A stretch of 64,000 nucleotides of DNA from Blasia pusilla (GCA_050084515.1 CM114271.1:31062001-31126000), one strand, 5' to 3'. Positions 39,363-51,489 are shown, counted from the stretch's first letter. Notes: a model not told the origin generated them from the sequence alone. A program made the numbers and translations.

Positions 39363-40311
39363 TGTCATACGCATACAGATTGCTACACAATATATATTGT
39401 TGTCACCGAATACACATACAAGATAGTATACTGACTCATGACATCGAGACGATTGAACACCAAAATATCTCCAATTAAATCAAAATCTCTCACAATGTCC
39501 TCACAAATCCATCTATCTCTCATTTCAAACCAAACTTATTTTCCTAATGAGAGCTTTGGGTTACTCACAAGGCAAGGAGAACCATAGTTCCGCCGCCTCA
39601 TGCCAAGAGGTTTAACAAAGAGACAGTGAGAACCAAAGTTCTTTTTCCTTGGGTATACCCCATGGTTACACAAAACCGGACAAGTCCTTCCTTAGGACAG
39701 ACGTGGATGGGTAAGTCCGGATATGTCCACAAACATGGATTCCAAGAGGTAGGACCCACACTTATAGTCCATGATGGAAGGCAAGGCAAGGATGAGTGGA
39801 GCAATGAGGGAGGAAGGAGTGGAGGTGGAAGGAGGAAGAAACGGTGGAGTATGGAACACGAAGGCAAGTAAGGGGAAGGAGAAAGAAGGGAAAGTTGAGG
39901 CCCATATGGACAAGTCCTTCCATAGGACGGACATAAGTCCACCGACATGGACATGTCCACGGATACAGACTTTGTCCACATGCGACCTTGGTATACCCCC
40001 TTCCATCTCCTAAGCTCTCTCCTTGGTAACCTATGCTTGCAAGTCACCTTCTTGGTTCTTGACTTGTTGTAGGGAGTCAAGGGCCACTTACAAAAGTAGA
40101 AATTCCACTCTACTCATAACGATAACTTGCTCAAAATAGTAATTTTCTTTATGGTAACCTATAGCTCCAATGAGCCGAAACGAAGGGGAAACTTGCTCTC
40201 TTAGGTTACTCGAGGCCGCAACAAGTTATCCTCAACCTCATGAGGATGTTCTCCAATATCTTTGAAGGTGCTCTATTATAAACTCATTTATGCATCCTAA
40301 AAGACGTAACA
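39363..40311 (-). mobile_element. Solo A-B unit with 4-bp TSD (TCTT)
   Basis: TCTT|TGTCATACGC...GACGTAACA|TCTT. It interrupts the RT sequence GAGGAGATCTTTGAT. The minus-strand 5' end is A-like and the 3' end is B-like. Confidence 0.85.
39661..39990 (+). mobile_element. hAT-type MITE with 8-bp TSD GTATACCC
   Basis: GTATACCC|CATGGTTACA...TGCGACCTTG|GTATACCC. Absent from the homologous A repeat near 18300. Confidence 0.85.
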
Positions 40312-40968
40312 TCTTTGATATGCTATGGAATACAAAGTACTTTAGATCTTTATGTTGGCTCTTATAATCTTCCTATAAAGGTGGTGGACATGGAGAAGAT
40401 AAAATTTTGGGGGACATATTGGTTTGGGAGAGATTTTTTATACTAGTGACGATTCTTACCATTTGAGTTGAAGAACATCTTGTAGAATTCTAGAGGGTTA
40501 TGGATAGGACTTTGGCTAGCTTGAAGGATGTACAATGTTACATATATAACATTATCATTTTCAGTTCTATGGTTGAAGAGGATAAGTTACACTTGGAGGA
40601 GGTGTTTTGATGATTGTTGTTAGTATATGGATTAAAGCTATATGGAGGCAAGTGTAGATTTTTGGAGGAGAAAATTGAGTACTTAGGACACACATATACC
40701 AATTTGCGTAATGTGTTCAATATGAGAAGGAAGATGCTATTGCACAAATCAGAGTTGAGTCCGAGCATTTTTAGGATTGGAAAACTTCTATTGACGGCAT
40801 GTCAAGGATTTTAGTGTGATTGCAAAGTTTCAATCTAATCTTGTTGATGAGACTTCATTGAGCATGGCATTGAGGAGAAGATTAGGAGTGAGCCTTTCAA
40901 GAGCTCAATGATAGGCTGATGTCCTCATCTATTCTACAAGAACCTATTTGGGTTATCCATTCTAGGTA

Positions 40969-41894
40969 CTTGTAAGGCACCCGTGCGATGCACGGAGAAA
41001 AAAAAGTTTGAAGAGTTTTTGTTAGTGAGGGGATTAATGATGTTGCACACAAATTCAAACTTTTTTCTTCTTGCCCATAACATGTGAAACATTTTTTCTT
41101 GTCCAATTACCACATGTCAATAGGGCCTCAAAAAAATGTGTCAATAATAGTTTTTTAAATTTTATTTAATTTCAAATTTAAGTATAATTTCTACTTTTTT
41201 AAATCTTAAAAGAGTATGAAAAATTCACCTTTAAATAACACCAATCTCCCATAAATAATTTCAATCCTCCGTAAAAGCTCAAACAATAACTCTTCTTCCC
41301 CTTCCACTCTTCCCACCAAAATAACATTCACTAACCAAAATCTTAGTTAATTTTAATTAACGAAATCATTTTCCTTTTCCATTCAAATTCATTTTCCTTT
41401 CCCAAAATATCATATGTGAATTAATACGATTATTTTTAAAAATTATCATGTTATTTGTTTCAAACTTTTAAATATGATTTCTATTTTATAAAATCTTAGA
41501 AGAGTAATAACATTTCACTATTCTTAGTAATTACAATCCTCCATTCAAATTTAAATGATATCCCAAAACTCGAAGTAATTTTATCTTTCCATAAAATTTA
41601 AACAAAATCTACTCCTCCATTAAATTATTATTATTTTTCCATCAAATATGAATTGAGGTAAAAATTCTAAAAATTTGGTTATTTATCATAATTATTACAT
41701 TTTTAAATATTTATAATCACCCATTATAATATTAAATTGAATATTAATTTATTAATATATGTTCGACTCAAATCCCTATTTTTTCTTTGTTTGATTGTTC
41801 CAAGGCAATAAAATTCAAGGATGTTGCCTATTTTGTCTTATTGTCCGATTATCTTGTCGTATTATGCATATGTGATCGCCAATTATTATATAGA
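40969..41894 (-). mobile_element. Non-autonomous Helitron (926 bp)
   Basis: The minus strand starts A|TCTATATAATAA and ends with hairpin CCGTGC-ATC-GCACGG, then CAAG|T. No TSD. Removing it restores the RNase H sequence (CCATTC.....A/TATAC..ATT.GAGCATGTTGGG). Confidence 0.8.
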
Positions 41895-43520
41895 TATACA
41901 AATTAGAGCATGTTGGGAGTAATTACTTAGAGAGATGACTAGTAGAGGGATTTTTTTGTGGCTTATGTCATTAGATAAAACAACATTGCATAGAAAATGC
42001 ACATCTCCTATAAGTGCATGGTTGTGATGTGGTCGGTAACACATTTAAGTTGCTATCTACTCGAAAAATCCTTTCACGCTCATCACTAATCATCAACCGG
42101 TGAGGTGGTTAATTGAATCTAACAAGGTTAGGGAATCTTATTGGATGGACTCTATTACTACAAGAGTGAAATTTCTAGGTGGTTCATAGGCTAGGTTGGC
42201 TTAAGCATGATACAGATGGATTAATTTGTAACTTGTGCCCAAGTTAGAGAGACAATACACGAGCTTAATGTCACGGAGAGAGTGACAAGAAGATGGTGCT
42301 TGGTTGGCACATATTTTCTGGGTGTTGGGGGATGGTAGAGTATGTGTGGTTCCTCATCCTTCCTAGCGAGCACGTATTGTACGATATATCCATGAGGAGT
42401 TGGGGAATTTGGAGTCAAGCATACTTACAACTTATTTTAAGTTCAATATTGGTGGTGTGAGCCATGTGCATGCATACCAAAGTTCAATAGTTTGTAGCCA
42501 AATATATGGTGTGTTATTGAGTGCAAGCATCCTTTAATGCTCCCACTCCATTATTACGTCCTTTGCCGATCATGAGATTAGGCTCTTGGTGGAGTTTGGA
42601 CTTCGCATAATCTTTTTCATTGATAAGGCCCTATCATAAGTACATGATGGTTGTGGTGGAAAATTTTTCCAAGTGGAGAGAGTTGGTGAGAGTACCAAAC
42701 AAGGCAAGCAAGGGATTGCGTACTTATTTAGAATGGTGCACCGGTGTAGGCCCTGACTCACTAGGGTACCAAGTTTTAGGTCTTCATATATCACCATACC
42801 ACCTTTAGTGATTATCTTGAGGCGAATGGGTTGGTGAAGCAAGTGATACAGATGGTGAAGACAATAAAGAGGAGTATGTAAGTATGGCTTGTAGTGGGAC
42901 TATTTGTGGGAGTGAGACCTATAGTTTCTATGGTTGTCTATGGGATATTGCTTTAGGCAAAAGGCATCTTGCGCGTCATTTTTGCTAGAATTTTTGCTCT
43001 ATGAGAGCCAAATTTGGCTGCAACTATTTGGCTTGGTAGAGGTGTTGGATCTTGATAACTCGATATCATGGGTACGAGCATGTTCATAGAGGAAGGAGAA
43101 TTTTTATAGAGTTATGCATGGCATTTTAGAATTTAGCAATTACTAAGCATAAGGATACATTTAAGTATGCAATCATTTGTGGAGGAGTTTATGGTCAAGG
43201 GATTAGAAAGTCCCTTTCTAAAGATTATGTATATTTACAACAGACGACATCTGTGACCCTAAATGTTACTACAAGAATTATAATTTTGTGTGTGTATGAG
43301 GTGTTACCTATTGGAATCCTCATGTTGGAGGGACAAGATGCATGGTATGTTTTGGAAGGATCATATTATGCAAAACTATGTGCCATGCCATCTTTCGAGT
43401 GAGGACAAGAGAATTGATTTGAGCTTGACAATGGTAACAATGGGCTTGAGATGTATGTTGTGTGGATTTGCAAGGAATGCAACCACTATGTTGGTGTGTG
43501 ATGGTTATTCTAAAGGGTCA

Positions 43521-44856
43521 TGTATGAATACCCTCTCTTGAAACGGTTTCCATGGGACGATGATTATATCCCAGATGAAATCGACATTTGAGAGAGTATA
43601 TACATCTGAGGATCTACTCTCTCGAACGTTGATTTCATGCAATGCGGAAGCTTGCGTTCAGTACATCACACTCACACTACTGACTTGCACCCAAATAGAC
43701 TTAAATAAGTCTCGTTTTGAGTCCATCAACCTTACATCTTCTTGAGTTCCTAACTCAGGCTATCCATCAAGCTCAAAAGTTACTAACCCCTCACTTCCCA
43801 ACACAAGAAAGTCTTTCTAGGCTTGGGAAAAAAAATCCCAGATAGTCCATGCAAGGCACCTAAAACAACGCTCATGCGGTTTCAACTATCCACAGAACCT
43901 CAAATGAGTCTCTAACCAAGACCCAAGATATGAGTCACGGATGGAGATCCACGGTTGACATCCATAATTCGCTCTCTTGGACTTGGCTTTGGGGTGTTTT
44001 GGGATCCACACCCTGAAGCCAACCTTCCAATCCATTCCATACCCTTGGTTTGTCTTGTGGCTTCCCAAAGTAGAGCTCACCTTCCAAGCATCCTTGGAGA
44101 CCCTCCCCTTTATATATAGTTCTAGAGATCTCCACTCCTCCCCAACTTTGGGAAATTCCTCTTCAATTTGCATATCATTCCTCCCACTTGCATCCTTCCT
44201 ATGGAAGGACTTGTCCATATGGGCTCCACCTTCCTCTTCTTTCTCATTCCTCCCACTTGCATTTCTGTTCCATACTCCCTCGTTTCTTCCTCCCTCCACC
44301 TCCACTTTCATCATCCTTGTTGCTCCAGTTGCCCTTGACCTGCCTTCCATCATGAACTGTAAGTGTGGATCCCATCTCTTGCAATCCAAGTTTTTGGACA
44401 TGTCCAAAATTTTTCCTCCATGTCCATCATAGGGAGAGACTTGTCCGTTTTTGAGCAACCGTCTTGGGCCGCTCGTTTAATTTGGCCCTTAACGAAAAAC
44501 TATAATTCTGATAGTTTAGGGATAACTCCTCAATCTTTGCTTATGCCTAGCTTTGTCTACATCCTTAGTGCATCGGAATCATCTTTACATAAGCTTTCCA
44601 ATGCCATCTTATGCATCCCAAAATCACCCTGGGTGTAATCGTTATGATCTTAAACACAACAAAACCTCAAACGCTAGTAAAGTTCCAAATCTTGTTCTAA
44701 CCCCCCTTGGCAACCCACTCTTATTAGACTTGAATTCTTCTCTAGTCTTGCTTCACATCTGGTTTTGGTTTATTGGGTCATGACCATCATCACTTGAAAC
44801 GCCCAATCTTGCTCGCGTCTCATACCTCGTGTCTCATTCAAGAGACGTTTCATACA
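43521..44856. mobile_element. TG...CA element with an imperfect inverted terminus of about 20 bp (solo LTR or MITE), containing a hAT-MITE fragment
   Basis: TGTATGAATACCCTCTCTTGAA ... TTCAAGAGACGTTTCATACA. It interrupts the PHD region. About 44170-44460 matches the MITE at 39661 in reverse. No TSD seen. Confidence 0.55.
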
Positions 44857-45789
44857 CGAATCCATTCTAGTACGAGCCTACTATAGTTCTGATATTCTGC
44901 ATTGGCGTATGTTTGGCTATGAGGGTTGCAAAAATTTAGGTAGCTAGTTGATAATGTCAAGTTAATATGATATGTGCTATTTGGAGTTAAGGGAACCAAT
45001 TTCCAATTAAGGGGACGATTGTGTGATCTTGGTATATATACATGAGTGTATATATTTTTGTATATGAACAGATCTAATCAGGAGATGGAAAGATGTGATT
45101 AACAATGTAGATTGTTTAGCAATGTGTATGGGTATGATCGTTTCACATCATAGTTAGATGAAATGTAGAGTTCTACTCTGTCAATGATGTAGAGAGTTAA
45201 GGGATTTTTCGAGCTTAACTTAATTGTGAAGAGTCAGATGAGATTGGAAACCACTCTGTAGCATCGGGGTTGTAGTTTTAGAAAACCTTCTATTTTGCTA
45301 TTTTGATATTTTGGGCTAAGAAACCTATTGATTGAGTCAATTATTATTTAGTAACTTGTGTGGGTCGAGGTGTGGGTAGGTTGCCATTTTTGATTATTTT
45401 TGGGGGAAGAGCTCTTTTAACTCTTCTCAAGGGCACAAAGGTGAGAGGGATGAGTGACTTTCACAAGCTATCTTTCTCATATATATTGAGCGTTTGTAGT
45501 GCTCATCTAGTTAGGGTTTTGTAGGAGGTTGAGCACTAAAGTTAAAGTTCCCTTATGCAATAGGCCTAATGTGGATATGATATTCATGTGTAGTTTCAAG
45601 GCTAAAATTTGATGTATGAACCATTTTCACTTCACTTTTGTTTTGTGGTCTTGGTATGCATGAGTGAATTTTTTTTTTGTATGGATCTACTTGTGTGTTG
45701 GGAAGATCAATCATGATGTTTGTTGTGTAGATGTGACCAATGATGTGAATTTTTTAGCAACGTGTATATGCATGATAATAGATGTCTAA

Positions 45790-47140
45790 AAAAAATGGGA
45801 GTTGGAGTGAGATATATGCACGCTTTACCCCAAACTTCCCCAACTCCTTAAGGGCATGTTACACCAATCCTACTCTATGCAAAGGATGAAAGGATGAGGC
45901 GTCACTTGCACTCAACCATCCTCCCACACTCACAAAATATTTGTCTCCTCCCACTTGAGTTATATAGCTTGTTATAGGATTTGATTAGGCTCGTTGGCAC
46001 TAGCCCTACGCATTAGGAACATAGCTTGCAACCCGCTATGCTACTAGCTAGTGCATAAGTACTCCAAGACTACCCCATCCTTGGGGATATCTCGACCATT
46101 TTTTACCTCATTACCAGCCATTGGATCTAGGGACTCTCCATCAATTGAGTATGATCAGCGTTCTATTGGTCTCTCTGAACCAACTCATATGTCTCCCCTC
46201 TTGATCAATACTCGTTAGTATTCAAAATTATGCTAAGCACTAAGTTGTATGGATGCCATCTCTTGGTGTACTTGCATCACATGCCAAGAAGTCTCTCTTG
46301 ATTAGCTCTAATCTCTAGGTCTCCACTCACAGTGCCCTTACCTCGTGCATGTACTTTCTTTGTAGGGATCGATGAGGCTCACTAGTGCCTTGGAGGTAAT
46401 ACAACTCACTCACATCTAATGATTGACGTTCTCAACCATCCCTAGAATATTTATCTTGTCACATAATTTAGGTGCATTGCATGACCAAGTACATGTTATT
46501 GAGATGCCTCTATCTTTTTGTATGTGGGAAATTCCATTGTCCACTCTTGGTCATTAGCCTTGGGCTCCACCAATTTCTATCCGTGATCATCCTAACTTAA
46601 GCCAAGGCCACCCTCCTTACAAGCATAAGAGGTGGGAAAACTCATAATTGTGGGGAGTGTAAGTCACTAAGGGTTGATCATTGTACCTTAATGCCTGCAA
46701 CCAACGTCCCACATCCAAAATCAAATCCATAAATTTTTTTTAGGGATGATCTACTTAATTATTCCCTCCTCAATACCTCATGTGCCATCAAGTTTGTCCA
46801 CGAGAGTCATGAACAATGTGCACGCAATTCTACACTCGATGCATCCAACAACCTTGCCATTCAAATCCATGCACAAACATAGTGTACACTCTTCATCATA
46901 GGTGATTTAGATTCACCCAAAAAAGAGAAATTGTAAATAATGCATGGTGGAGAATGATGTCGAAACATTTGCACCATCTCTTAAAACAATTTGGACCTAG
47001 AGTCTCCTAAGCCAATAATTTGTCCAACACAAGATTGACCATGACATGGCCAACCTCCAATAGATCAACAAATGAATGTTTCCTATCTAATCTAATTCCT
47101 ATGCCCCAACATTGAGATGTCCCTCGATACAACACGAGGC
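45790..47140 (-). pseudogene. Highly decayed third DNMT-bearing Gypsy-like fragment (DNMT plus integrase piece)
   Basis: The minus strand reads GGWPCHGQS, LLDASSVELRAH..LSWTNL, LPTIMSFPTSYA..EGG, LVEPKANDQE.TMEF, and near 45850 HALKELGKFGVKR. Confidence 0.7.
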
Positions 47141-47242
47141 TTAGTTGAGGCAATGATGATTATGATAGCCCATAAAAACATACAGTGCATGGGCTCCTCT
47201 CGAACATCAACAATAGGTTTCGACGCACTTGTTCCTCCCATT

Positions 47243-49497
47243 TATCGTGCGCATACACATTGCTACACAACACACATCGCTGGTCACATCCACACCACAC
47301 AACACCGATCTTCCCCACACACGGGTAGATCCATACATCTACAAAAATCAACTCATACATATACATCGAGATCACACAACAAAAATAAGAGTAGTAAACA
47401 ACGGCACATCCAGCCTAAAACTCCATTCCTCAATCTACATTGGCATATTGAGCCTTGTCCACCCTATGCTCTCAGGAAATCCAGACGCTAGCACCGTGGT
47501 CCTATCTCACACACAACAAGAGAGGTGCTTCAACGGCCCAACATTAGAAAGATGGCTTTCCCAAGCCATCTTCCTCCCTTATATAGGGTTGGAAAGATCC
47601 AAAAGGCTCTTCCCCTAAAAATAGCTATCCTCCTTGTAACCTACGCCCATAGGTTACCAGGGGCGGGTGACTTGCTCAACATGTGACCCGGCTGTGAAAG
47701 ACCTCAATAGGAAAGTTGGCAGAAATGACATTCTTGACACAACAGACCTATCCTCAACCTCTTCCGACACCTAGGGACAAAGTTACACTCAAGATAGTTT
47801 GTTGGCTCCTATGCCCTATCCACCATAGATCTCGGCCTATCGACTACTTAGATGTGACAGCTGTCGTGCGCATACACATTGCTACACAACATACATTGCT
47901 AGTCATATCCACACCACAAAATATCGATCGTCCCTACACACGGGTAGATCCACATATGTACAGAAATCAACTCATACATATACCTCGAGATCACACAACC
48001 GCCCCCCTAATTGGCAGTTGGATCCCTCTAACTCCAAATAGAAAATATCATATCTCCCTAACATGACCTACTATCCTACACACATCTTGGACATATCCAT
48101 TGTCCCATGGGAACTACATCAAGAGGGGGAAGGGATCAGACATGATATATGCCACCCTCGAGAATAACCATCACATACCAACATGGTGGCTGCATCCCTC
48201 CCAAATTCGCATAACATACACCTCAAGCCTGTAGGTACCATTGCCAAGCTCGGATCCACTGTCCCGTCCACATTCAAAAGGTGACATCGCGCACAGTTGC
48301 GCACATGATCCTTCCAAACCATACCATCCCGTCCCTCCAACATGAGGACTTCGGTCGGTAATACCTTGCGCACACGTAGGATCGTGCGCTATGGATCGTG
48401 CGCCATGCAGTGACATCTAGCATCGTTGGTGCCGCTTGCTATAAATACACGTAATCTCCATGATGAAACCTCCTAATCCCTCGACGATAACCTCCTCCAT
48501 GAATGGTCGCGTCCCTCAATGTATCCCTATGCTGAGCAATAGCTAAATTCTCAAAGGCCACGGGCATATATAGCTCTACAAAAAATCATCTCCGCCCTCT
48601 GAGAACATGCTTGTACCCACACATGGGGATCGTCAAGATCTAACACCTCCACCATGTCACGTTGAATAACTGCAGGTAAATATGGCTCTCTCCCAAAGAG
48701 CAAAAAGTATGGTGAAAATGACGCCAAGGATGCCTGCCGACTAAAGCGATAACCCATAGCCAACCATGGAAACTATAGGTCCCACTCCCTAAACTTTCCC
48801 TGCTGCAAACAATACTTGCGCAATCCTCTCTTCACCGTCTGTACTACTCTCTCCGCCAACCCATCTGCCTCACAATGATCTATGGATGTGGTGCGATGAT
48901 CTATGAGCGCTGATCATTCAAGGCCTGAAACTTCCCCCTGAACTCGGTACCTTGGTCAGTCAACACCTCCGCCGGTGCACCAAATTGACGAAGCACACGA
49001 TCTAGAAATGCATAAGTTGTTCCCTCGCTTGCCTTGTCCGGTAGTGCCACCAACTCTATGCACTTGGAGAAATGCTCCACCATGACCAACATGTATCTGT
49101 GTTGACGCCCCGTCAATGGCAAAGGTCCCGTGAAGTCTAAACTCCACCGATAACCTAAACCCATAATCGAAAAAGGATGTAATTGGGGAGTGGGAGCATT
49201 GAAGGATGCTCGCACTCGATCACATACCATACATCTGGCCACAAACTGATGTACCCCAATATGCATGCCGTGCCACCAATACTGAACTTGGAGTACGCTT
49301 TACTCCAAAATGCTCCAACTCCTCATGAGCATGTTGCACTACACGTGCTTGTTGAGAAGGATGAGGTACCACTTATATCCTACCATCTTCCCATATCCGC
49401 AAAATATGAGTCCCCTCCCACCTGAACCTCCTAGCTCTTTGTAGGATCCAATCCCCCTCTCTAACACTCATTGTGCTCGCTATGACGCCATAGGATA
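47243..49497 (-). mobile_element. 3' part of a Gypsy-like copy: IN-PHD-PPT-B1-GC-A2-B2
   Basis: Integrase/PHD ORFs at 48119-49497, PPT TTAGGGGGGCGG at 47999-48010, B1 47862-47997, spacer GC at 47860-47861, A2 47381-47859, B2 47243-47378. Confidence 0.9.
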
Positions 49498-49857
49498 AAT
49501 GGTTAGAGATTTTGCCTGCAGCTCTTCCAACTCCCGTTTCCCTTCCAACTCTCTCCATTTTGAAGATAGACTCCGAGATTTACCCTTTGATGTGAAGAGA
49601 AATATCTTCATGCGGGTTAGGCCGATCTCTTTATTTGAGAGGATTTCCAACTTACCATTAGCATGCAAATTGAAGATATGCGACTTTGCAAGCATGCATT
49701 TCTTGGAGTGACACTGGGCAGATCGCGCAGCTAGTTGGCAGTTCCATGCATGCACTAGACATCTTTACGTTAGATGGTTAGATTTTGTTATGGTGCATGA
49801 GGATTGCTACTCCATTCTTGCATGGTTGATGTTAGGGGTGGCTCGGATTATCAATAT

Positions 49858-50334
49858 TGTCACATCTGAGTAGCCGATAGGCCGAGATCTATCGTGGATA
49901 GGGCGTAGGAGCCAGCGGACTATCTTGAGTGTAACTTTGTCCCACGGTGTCGGATGAGGTTGAGGATATGTCCATTGTGTCAGGAACATTGTTTCTGACA
50001 ACTTTCATGTTGAGGTCTTTTACAGCCGGGTGACTTGTTGACCAGGTCACCCGCCCCTGGTAACCTGTGCGTGCAGGTTACCAAGGGGAGGGCTATTTTT
50101 AGGGAAAGAGCCTTTTGGCTCTTCCCAATCCTATATAAGAGAGGAAGATGGCTTTCCTAAGCCATCTTTCTCATGTTGGGTTGTTGCACCTCCCTTGTAT
50201 GTGTGTGAGCTAGGACTAGGGTGCTAGCGTCCGGATTCCTTGATAGCACAGGATGGACGAGACTCGATATGCCAATGTAGATTGAGGAGTGGAGTTTTAG
50301 GCCGGGTGTGCCATTTTTACTACTCTTTATTTTT
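49858..50334 (+). repeat. 5' terminal 'A1' repeat with TATA box and hairpins
   Basis: Matches the reverse complement of 47381-47859 along its length. TATATAA at 50132-50138. Confidence 0.88.
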
Positions 50335-51489
50335 ACATGAGAAAGATGTCAGGGGGCTGGTGGGAATTCGTTGTTTGCAGGTAGGCAAGCGAGTTGCCTT
50401 GGTCGGGCGCCCCAGGAGACGCGTGTGTTGCGGGTGTTTTTCATTTTTATGTTCGGAAGGCCGTGGGCGGAAGCGATGTCCGTTTTTCTCAGATTTTGCT
50501 GGTACGGATTGACGCGAGACAACAGCCGAGTGTAGTGTGTGGTGGAGCGACGGGTGTATGTGAGTGAGGGTGTCGAGAGAGAGAAGAAAAGAGAGCGACG
50601 GCGCGCATGGCGGACGGAGCAGCAGCGGCGGCGGGCGGCGGGCGGCGCGCCCCCTCCCCCTCCCCGCCTCTTCCCCCAAGGTGGGAGGCACGCATAGGAC
50701 CGTGCGCCCCCCCTCTCTCCTCTCTCCTTCCGCAGGCAGGCACGCAGGGAGGCCACGGGCCGGACGGCCCCCCCCCCCCTCCAACGTGGTAGGACGGAGT
50801 AGGGTCGATCGGTGTGCAGTTGTAGCGAACGTGGTAGGACGGACGAGGTCGGTCCGGTGAACGCGGTTGCGCATGGGCAACGTGATGGCAGGGAGGATGT
50901 CGATGTGGTGAGTGACTGACATAGTTGGACGGCGGGCGTGACATGATGTTTTGGGGCACGAGAGGACGTTGCGAGAGTTGACGATGGAGGGGCAGCGTGC
51001 ACGATGTTGACGGGTTGTCCGCATCTGTTGACGGGAGGATCGACGTGTTGGTCGAAGAGAGTGTTGTGTTGCGGAGGTTGTCATATCATGTAGAGGAGTG
51101 CATGTTGACGGTGCAGCAGGTTGGAGGGCGTGATTAGGTTATCCATTCAAGTTCCTTTTCCCGCACTTGTCGTGTGTGATTGAGAGTGCTAGGTATCGGG
51201 TAGTAGCTGGTGCTAGGTGGGTGCAGTGATGGTGACGAGTGTAGATTCTTTTCATGTATAGCATGTTGGTGGATATACGGCGGTTGCCGAGTAGGGGTCG
51301 CATGTATGACCTGAGAGAGTGTCGCTAGGTTAGGTGAGTCAGTTGGGAGGCTCATGGTGAGCCCAAGTGTTGAGCGTGCGTGAGGCCGGGTATGTCATCA
51401 CGGGATTGATGTTAGCATAGGTGAGCTAGTGAGGCGTGTGGGAGACTCTCGGTGAGTCTGAGTGCTTGAGCGGGTGAGACAGGGTTTGT

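Larger units (their letters stand above)
39055..45777 (+). mobile_element. Old, 5'-truncated Gypsy-like copy (RT-RH-IN-PHD-PPT-B1-A2-B2) carrying nested insertions
   Basis: Decayed sequence colinear with RT/RH/IN of copies 1 and 2, including LRCMLCGFARNATTMLVCDG (PHD). PPT TTAAGGGGACGA at about 45007-45018, B1 45020-45139, A2 about 45142-45641, B2 about 45642-45777. Confidence 0.8.

Noticed and set aside
47236-49502. Shared GATAAATGG in inverted orientation at both borders of the minus-strand fragment
   Set aside because: A 9-bp match could be chance, so it is insufficient to call an inversion.
50320-51084. Long antisense ORFs (254, 217 and 156 aa)
   Set aside because: Low-complexity products of a GC-rich leader with no recognisable motifs.
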